A DNA stretch of 33,416 nucleotides from Minisyncoccota bacterium (lineage in GTDB: Bacteria > Patescibacteriota > Minisyncoccia > UBA6257 > HR35). The translations under genes were made by a program, and so were the position numbers. Shown here piece after piece: positions 29,974 through 33,416 of this stretch. How positions within the stretch are numbered: position 1 is the stretch's first letter; each line of letters begins with the position of its first letter. The stretch covers positions 1-33,416 of the forward strand of contig JAVVGJ010000004.1 of assembly GCA_032249155.1 (NCBI GenBank), in the 5' to 3' direction. The notes beneath the pieces were generated by a model. It was not told the origin of the DNA and did not search any database. It was given only the letters and a program-made list of their open reading frames with translations.

Positions 29974-30553
29974 TTTGGTCAGAGAAATTTTTAATAAAGT
30001 TTATGAAGGTTATGATGGTTATAAAATTTATTCTCAAGAAAAAGAAAAGTTAAATCTTAATAAGACAAGTTTTATTTATGGCGAAATAATTTTTGATGAA
30101 TTTGTAGAGCTGCTAAAAAAAGTAAATCCACAAAAAGATGATATCTTTTATGATTTAGGTTCAGGTTTAGGTAAACCATGTTTAGCAATAAGCCTTGCTT
30201 TTGAAATCAAAAAAGCAGTTGGCGTTGAACTTTTGCCAGATTTTATAAAAGCTTCTAGAGAAGTTTATGAAAAAGCTAAAGAAATTTTTCCAGAAATAAA
30301 TGAAATAGAATTTAGAGAAGAAAATTTTTTAGAAACTAATTTGGAGGAAGCAACTATTGTTTTCCTCCATGCTACTTGTTTTGATGAAAAAGAGATGGAA
30401 AAAATAGAAGAAAGATTTTTAAAATTAAAAAAAGAAAGCAGAATAATTGTTATTACTAAAAGTTTAAAAAATAGCGAATTTTTACTTTTAGAAGAAGGAA
30501 GCATAAAAATGAATTGGGGAACGGCCACCTTCAGAATCTATCATAAAAAATGA
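29960..30553 (+). CDS. DOT1-like class I SAM-dependent methyltransferase
   Basis: YGE, FYDLGSGLGK (motif I), GVEL, NFL, VFLHATCF and a C-terminal MNWG...IY. Resembles DOT1-domain proteins. Confidence 0.75.
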   Translation: MRNINLVREIFNKVYEGYDGYKIYSQEKEKLNLNKTSFIYGEIIFDEFVELLKKVNPQKDDIFYDLGSGLGKPCLAISLAFEIKKAVGVELLPDFIKASREVYEKAKEIFPEINEIEFREENFLETNLEEATIVFLHATCFDEKEMEKIEERFLKLKKESRIIVITKSLKNSEFLLLEEGSIKMNWGTATFRIYHKK

Positions 30554-30939
30554 AAAAAACCATAATTATAACTCTTTCTTTGATAGCCTTTTTAATTTCT
30601 TCTTATCTTTATTTTCAAGAAAAAAATATAAATTGTGCTTTAAATGGTTGTAATAATGTACTATCAAGTCCTTATAGTAAAATTTTTAATATTGATAATT
30701 CTCTTTTAGGAATGTTTTATTTTTTTATTTCAGGTTTCTTAGCTATACTTAATAAAGAAAATATTTTAAAATTTATATCTTTCTTTGCTTTCCTTTATGC
30801 TTTTTATCTTATCTTTGTTATGCTTTTTATTTTAAAAGAAATTTGCTATTATTGTCTAATGGTCGATCTTTCAGCAATAATTATTTTAATTTTGAGCCAT
30901 GATTTTCGAAAATACTTTCAAAAAATTTTTAGAGGTTAA
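30550..30939 (+). CDS. Vitamin K epoxide reductase (VKOR) family disulfide-bond formation protein
   Basis: Loop Cys pair C....C..VL.S.YS, LG motif, four TM segments and the CYYC redox motif. Confidence 0.9.
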   Translation: MKKTIIITLSLIAFLISSYLYFQEKNINCALNGCNNVLSSPYSKIFNIDNSLLGMFYFFISGFLAILNKENILKFISFFAFLYAFYLIFVMLFILKEICYYCLMVDLSAIIILILSHDFRKYFQKIFRG

Positions 30940-32176
30940 AGAATTGTTTAAAAGTTTAGTTGGTGATGATAAAAGCGTAGAAGATTTATTCAAGATTTTA
31001 GAAAAACCGCAAAGAGAAATTAAGGTCTATCTTCCTTTAAAAAGAGAAAGTGGAGAAATTGAAATTTTTGAAGGTTATCGGATTCAGCATAATAATTTTT
31101 TAGGACCATATAAAGGAGGTATTAGATATTTTCCTGAAGTTAATGAAGATGAAATAAAAACTTTAGCGTTTTTGATGACAATTAAATGTGCCTTAGTTGG
31201 ACTTCCTCTTGGTGGAGCAAAAGGAGGAATAAAAGTTGATCCCAAAATTTTATCAGAAAAAGAGTTAGAAAATTTATCAAGAGAATATGTAAGAAAAATT
31301 TACGATTTTATTGGACCAGATAAAGATATTCCTGCACCTGATGTCAATACTAATGCAAAAATTATGGATTGGATGACAGATGAATATTTAAAAATTTCTA
31401 ATTCAAAAGATATAAAACTTAAAGCAACATTTACTGGAAAATCAATTCAAAATGACGGTTCAGAAGGAAGGGAAGAGGCAACAGGAAAAGGAGGAGAAAT
31501 AATTTTGGAAAGATTTGTTGAAAAAATGAATTTACAAAAACCATTAACTGTAGCAATTCAAGGTTTCGGTAATGTTGGTTATAATTTAGCAAAATTTTTA
31601 TATCAAAAAGGATATAAACTGGTTGCTTTATCAGATAGCAAAGGAGGAATTTATAGTGAAGAAGGTTTTAATCCAGAATTAGTGATGGAATGTAAAAAAG
31701 AAAAAGGAACGATATCTGGCTGTTACTGTGTCGGCAGCGTTTGCGATTCAAATTTAGGAAGAGATATTTCTAATGAAGAGCTTCTTGAGCTTGACGTTGA
31801 TATTTTAATTCCAGCAGCTTTAGAAAATGTTATAACTAAGGAAAATGCAGATAGAGTTAAAGCAAAAATAATTTTAGAAATGGCAAATAATCCTTTAACA
31901 GAAGAAGCAGATGAAATTTTAAATAAAAAGGGAGTGATCATTATTCCTGATATTTTAGCCAATAGCGGTGGTGTTACAGTTTCTTATTTTGAAATGCTTC
32001 AAAATTTAAATAATGAAAAATGGAGCAAAGAAAAAGTTTTTGAAGAATTAGAAAAATATTTATCTAAAGCTTTTGACGAAGTTTGGCAAATAAAAGAAAA
32101 ATTAAATGTTGATCTAAGAAAAGCAAGTTTTATTGTTGCTTTAAAAAGAATATACCACAGATTTATGCGGATTTAG
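30899..32176 (+). CDS. gdhA: Glu/Leu/Phe/Val dehydrogenase (glutamate dehydrogenase)
   Basis: GYRIQH...GPYKGGIRY, GGAKGG, DIPAPDV, R.EATG.G, QGFGNVG, PAA, E.AN and PDILANSGGV.VSYFE motifs. Confidence 0.95.
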   Translation: MIFENTFKKFLEVKELFKSLVGDDKSVEDLFKILEKPQREIKVYLPLKRESGEIEIFEGYRIQHNNFLGPYKGGIRYFPEVNEDEIKTLAFLMTIKCALVGLPLGGAKGGIKVDPKILSEKELENLSREYVRKIYDFIGPDKDIPAPDVNTNAKIMDWMTDEYLKISNSKDIKLKATFTGKSIQNDGSEGREEATGKGGEIILERFVEKMNLQKPLTVAIQGFGNVGYNLAKFLYQKGYKLVALSDSKGGIYSEEGFNPELVMECKKEKGTISGCYCVGSVCDSNLGRDISNEELLELDVDILIPAALENVITKENADRVKAKIILEMANNPLTEEADEILNKKGVIIIPDILANSGGVTVSYFEMLQNLNNEKWSKEKVFEELEKYLSKAFDEVWQIKEKLNVDLRKASFIVALKRIYHRFMRI

Positions 32177-32194
32177 AACGGATTTATACGGATA
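32157..32194. repeat. Degenerate 10-11 bp tandem repeat (core CGGATTTA), about 4 copies
   Basis: ACAGATTTA-TGCGGATTTA-GAACGGATTTA-TACGGATA, spanning the gdhA stop. Confidence 0.7.
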
Positions 32195-32199
32195 ACATT

Positions 32200-32205
32200 T
32201 ATACT
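32200..32205 (+). promoter_or_regulatory. Putative -10 box for cutA
   Basis: TATACT 6 nt before ATG 32212. Confidence 0.45.
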
Positions 32206-32211
32206 ATAAAA

Positions 32212-32514
32212 ATGATTTTAGTTTATATTACAAATCCTGATAAAAAGACTGCTCATAAAATTGGTAAATATTTGGTTGAAAAAAGATTATGCGCTTGTGT
32301 GAATATTTTTCCTATCGAAAGTTATTATTGGTGGCAGGGTAAAATTGAAAAAGCAAAAGAATGGGTTATTATTGCTAAAACTTTAGAGAAAAATTATGAA
32401 AAAATCAAAAAAGAAATTAAAAATATTCATCCTTATTCAGTTCCTTGCATTATAAAAATTAAAGCTGACGTAAATGAAGAATATTTAGAATGGTTAAGAA
32501 GGGAGATTAGATAA
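32212..32514 (+). CDS. cutA: Divalent-cation tolerance protein CutA
   Basis: LVEKRLCACVNI, S.Y.W.GKIE...E, KT, HPY.VP.I and YLEW motifs. Confidence 0.95.
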   Translation: MILVYITNPDKKTAHKIGKYLVEKRLCACVNIFPIESYYWWQGKIEKAKEWVIIAKTLEKNYEKIKKEIKNIHPYSVPCIIKIKADVNEEYLEWLRREIR

Positions 32515-32663
32515 AAATTTGGTTATAATTATACAAAGTCTCGTTTAGTTAATAATCGTTAATTTAAAAATGAAAATTAAAATTATAATTAATGAAAATA
32601 CTAAAAAGTCGTTAATTGTATTAAAATATTTAAATTAATTAAATTAATAAATTAAAATTAAAA

Positions 32664-33035
32664 ATGAATTTAAAATTCGATAAAGAAAATTTAGGTATTT
32701 ATATTTTGCGTTTGGGGCTTGCTTTGGTTTTTCTTTATTTCGGAATTTCTCAAATTTTAGATCAGTCAAGGTGGATTTATTTTGTTCCTGATAGGTTTTT
32801 AAATTTTTATATTAGCGAAATCTTAAAATCAAAAATCGTTTTTTTGAATGGAATTTTTGATACGGTTATAGCTTTATCATTAATTTCAGGGTTATTTATA
32901 AGAATATTTTCTTTTTTAGGATTTATTCATCTTCTTTCAATTACGATTTTTTCTTTAGGATTTGAACCAAGTGGAATAAGAGATTTAGGACTTGCTTTTG
33001 CAATGTTATCTTTATTTTTTTTATGTCGTAAGTAA
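32664..33035 (+). CDS. DoxX-family membrane protein
   Basis: LRLGLALVFLYFG, G.F.R and RDLGL motifs with multiple TM segments. Confidence 0.8.
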   Translation: MNLKFDKENLGIYILRLGLALVFLYFGISQILDQSRWIYFVPDRFLNFYISEILKSKIVFLNGIFDTVIALSLISGLFIRIFSFLGFIHLLSITIFSLGFEPSGIRDLGLAFAMLSLFFLCRK

Positions 33036-33050
33036 AATAAAAATTTAGAT

Positions 33051-33296
33051 ATGAAAAAAAATTTAGGTAAAATTGATAGAATAATAAGGTTTATTCTATC
33101 ATTGATTCTTATTTATTTAGGATATTTTATTTTACCTAATTACGGTATAGTATTTAGTATGGTTTCTTATATATTAGCAATAGCCCTTATTTTTAATGCT
33201 TTAAGTGGTTATTGTGGACTTTATAGATTATTAGGAATTAATACAAATAAAACCTGCGATTTAGAAAAAAATAAAAAAGATAATAAAGAAAATTAA
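33051..33296 (+). CDS. DUF2892 / YgaP-like membrane protein
   Basis: MKKNLG..DR.IR, two TM segments and GYC.LY.LLGINT. Confidence 0.88.
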   Translation: MKKNLGKIDRIIRFILSLILIYLGYFILPNYGIVFSMVSYILAIALIFNALSGYCGLYRLLGINTNKTCDLEKNKKDNKEN

Positions 33297-33415
33297 TATT
33301 GTAATAAATTTATTTTTTCTACATATTTATCAATATCAAATTTTCTTTTTAATCCTTCCGAGCTCATATATCTTATTTTTCCAAATATTTTTCTTTCTTT
33401 AAATGGCCTATCAAA
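33293..33415 (-). CDS. phr: C-terminus of a class II CPD photolyase (truncated by the window end; not in the ORF track)
   Basis: Manual translation of the minus strand gives [40 protein letters not shown]. This matches the class II photolyase C-terminal signature DR...ER..FGKIRYM...G.KRKFD...Y. Confidence 0.85.
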   Translation of the reverse strand, partial: FDRPFKERKIFGKIRYMSSEGLKRKFDIDKYVEKINLLQY

Positions 33416-33416
33416 A

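Noticed and set aside
7180-31962. Short ORFs in the track lying antisense or out of frame within real genes: 7180-7395, 11800-11985, 15587-15856, 16580-17005, 18239-18448, 18456-18650, 18739-18933, 20205-20510, 20453-20644, 24586-24780, 29577-29903, 30265-30528, 31723-31962
   Set aside because: They are shadows of well-supported genes. Their Ser/Phe/Leu/Ile-rich composition is what the reverse complement of Lys/Glu-rich codons produces, and they carry no motifs.
32157-32194. CRISPR array or tRNA at the gdhA-cutA junction
   Set aside because: Units are 10-11 bp with no spacers, there is no cloverleaf, and no cas genes are present.
32570-32638. 22-codon ORF (MKIKIIINENTKKSLIVLKYLN) in the AT-rich intergenic region
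   Set aside because: Low-complexity AT sequence with no motif. Expected by chance.
27866-33416. Accessory block as a prophage, defence island or mobile element
   Set aside because: No integrase, transposase, nuclease, reverse transcriptase or phage genes, and no flanking repeats or tRNA. The content is metabolic and stress-related.

Overview
A very AT-rich, extremely gene-dense bacterial window read in standard code 11. Gene content and style point to a Patescibacteria/CPR (Parcubacteria-like) genome: a short IF-2 lacking the N-terminal region, an extended bS21, dispersed gatA/gatC, and a type IV pilus locus with no secretin. Lys/Glu-rich proteins hint at a thermophile. Both assignments are inference. 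1-15 kb: a 5'-truncated Cys-rich surface protein followed by four minor pilins (FimU/PilV/PilW/PilX-like), then ligA, tpiA-rsmE-comF on the minus strand, and a pilMNOP-pilB-pilT-pilC-pilD operon whose first gene overlaps comF head-to-head. 15-28 kb: housekeeping genes (gatC, infB, a GalT-like protein, pth, lepB, hisS, HIT, rpsU, a divergent ftsA, cysteine desulfurase, htrA, gatA, thiI). 28-33.4 kb: an accessory block with a frameshifted PP2C-like gene, a xTS[ST]-rich membrane protein, a fold-IV aminotransferase, a DOT1-like methyltransferase, VKOR, glutamate dehydrogenase, CutA, DoxX, DUF2892, and the C-terminus of a class II photolyase that the ORF track missed. The most striking non-coding pattern is a -10 box, often extended (TGnTAwAAT), sitting only 5-9 nt upstream of the start codon of about ten unit-leading genes with no Shine-Dalgarno, which suggests leaderless or near-leaderless expression. 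No tRNA, rRNA, CRISPR array or mobile element was found.
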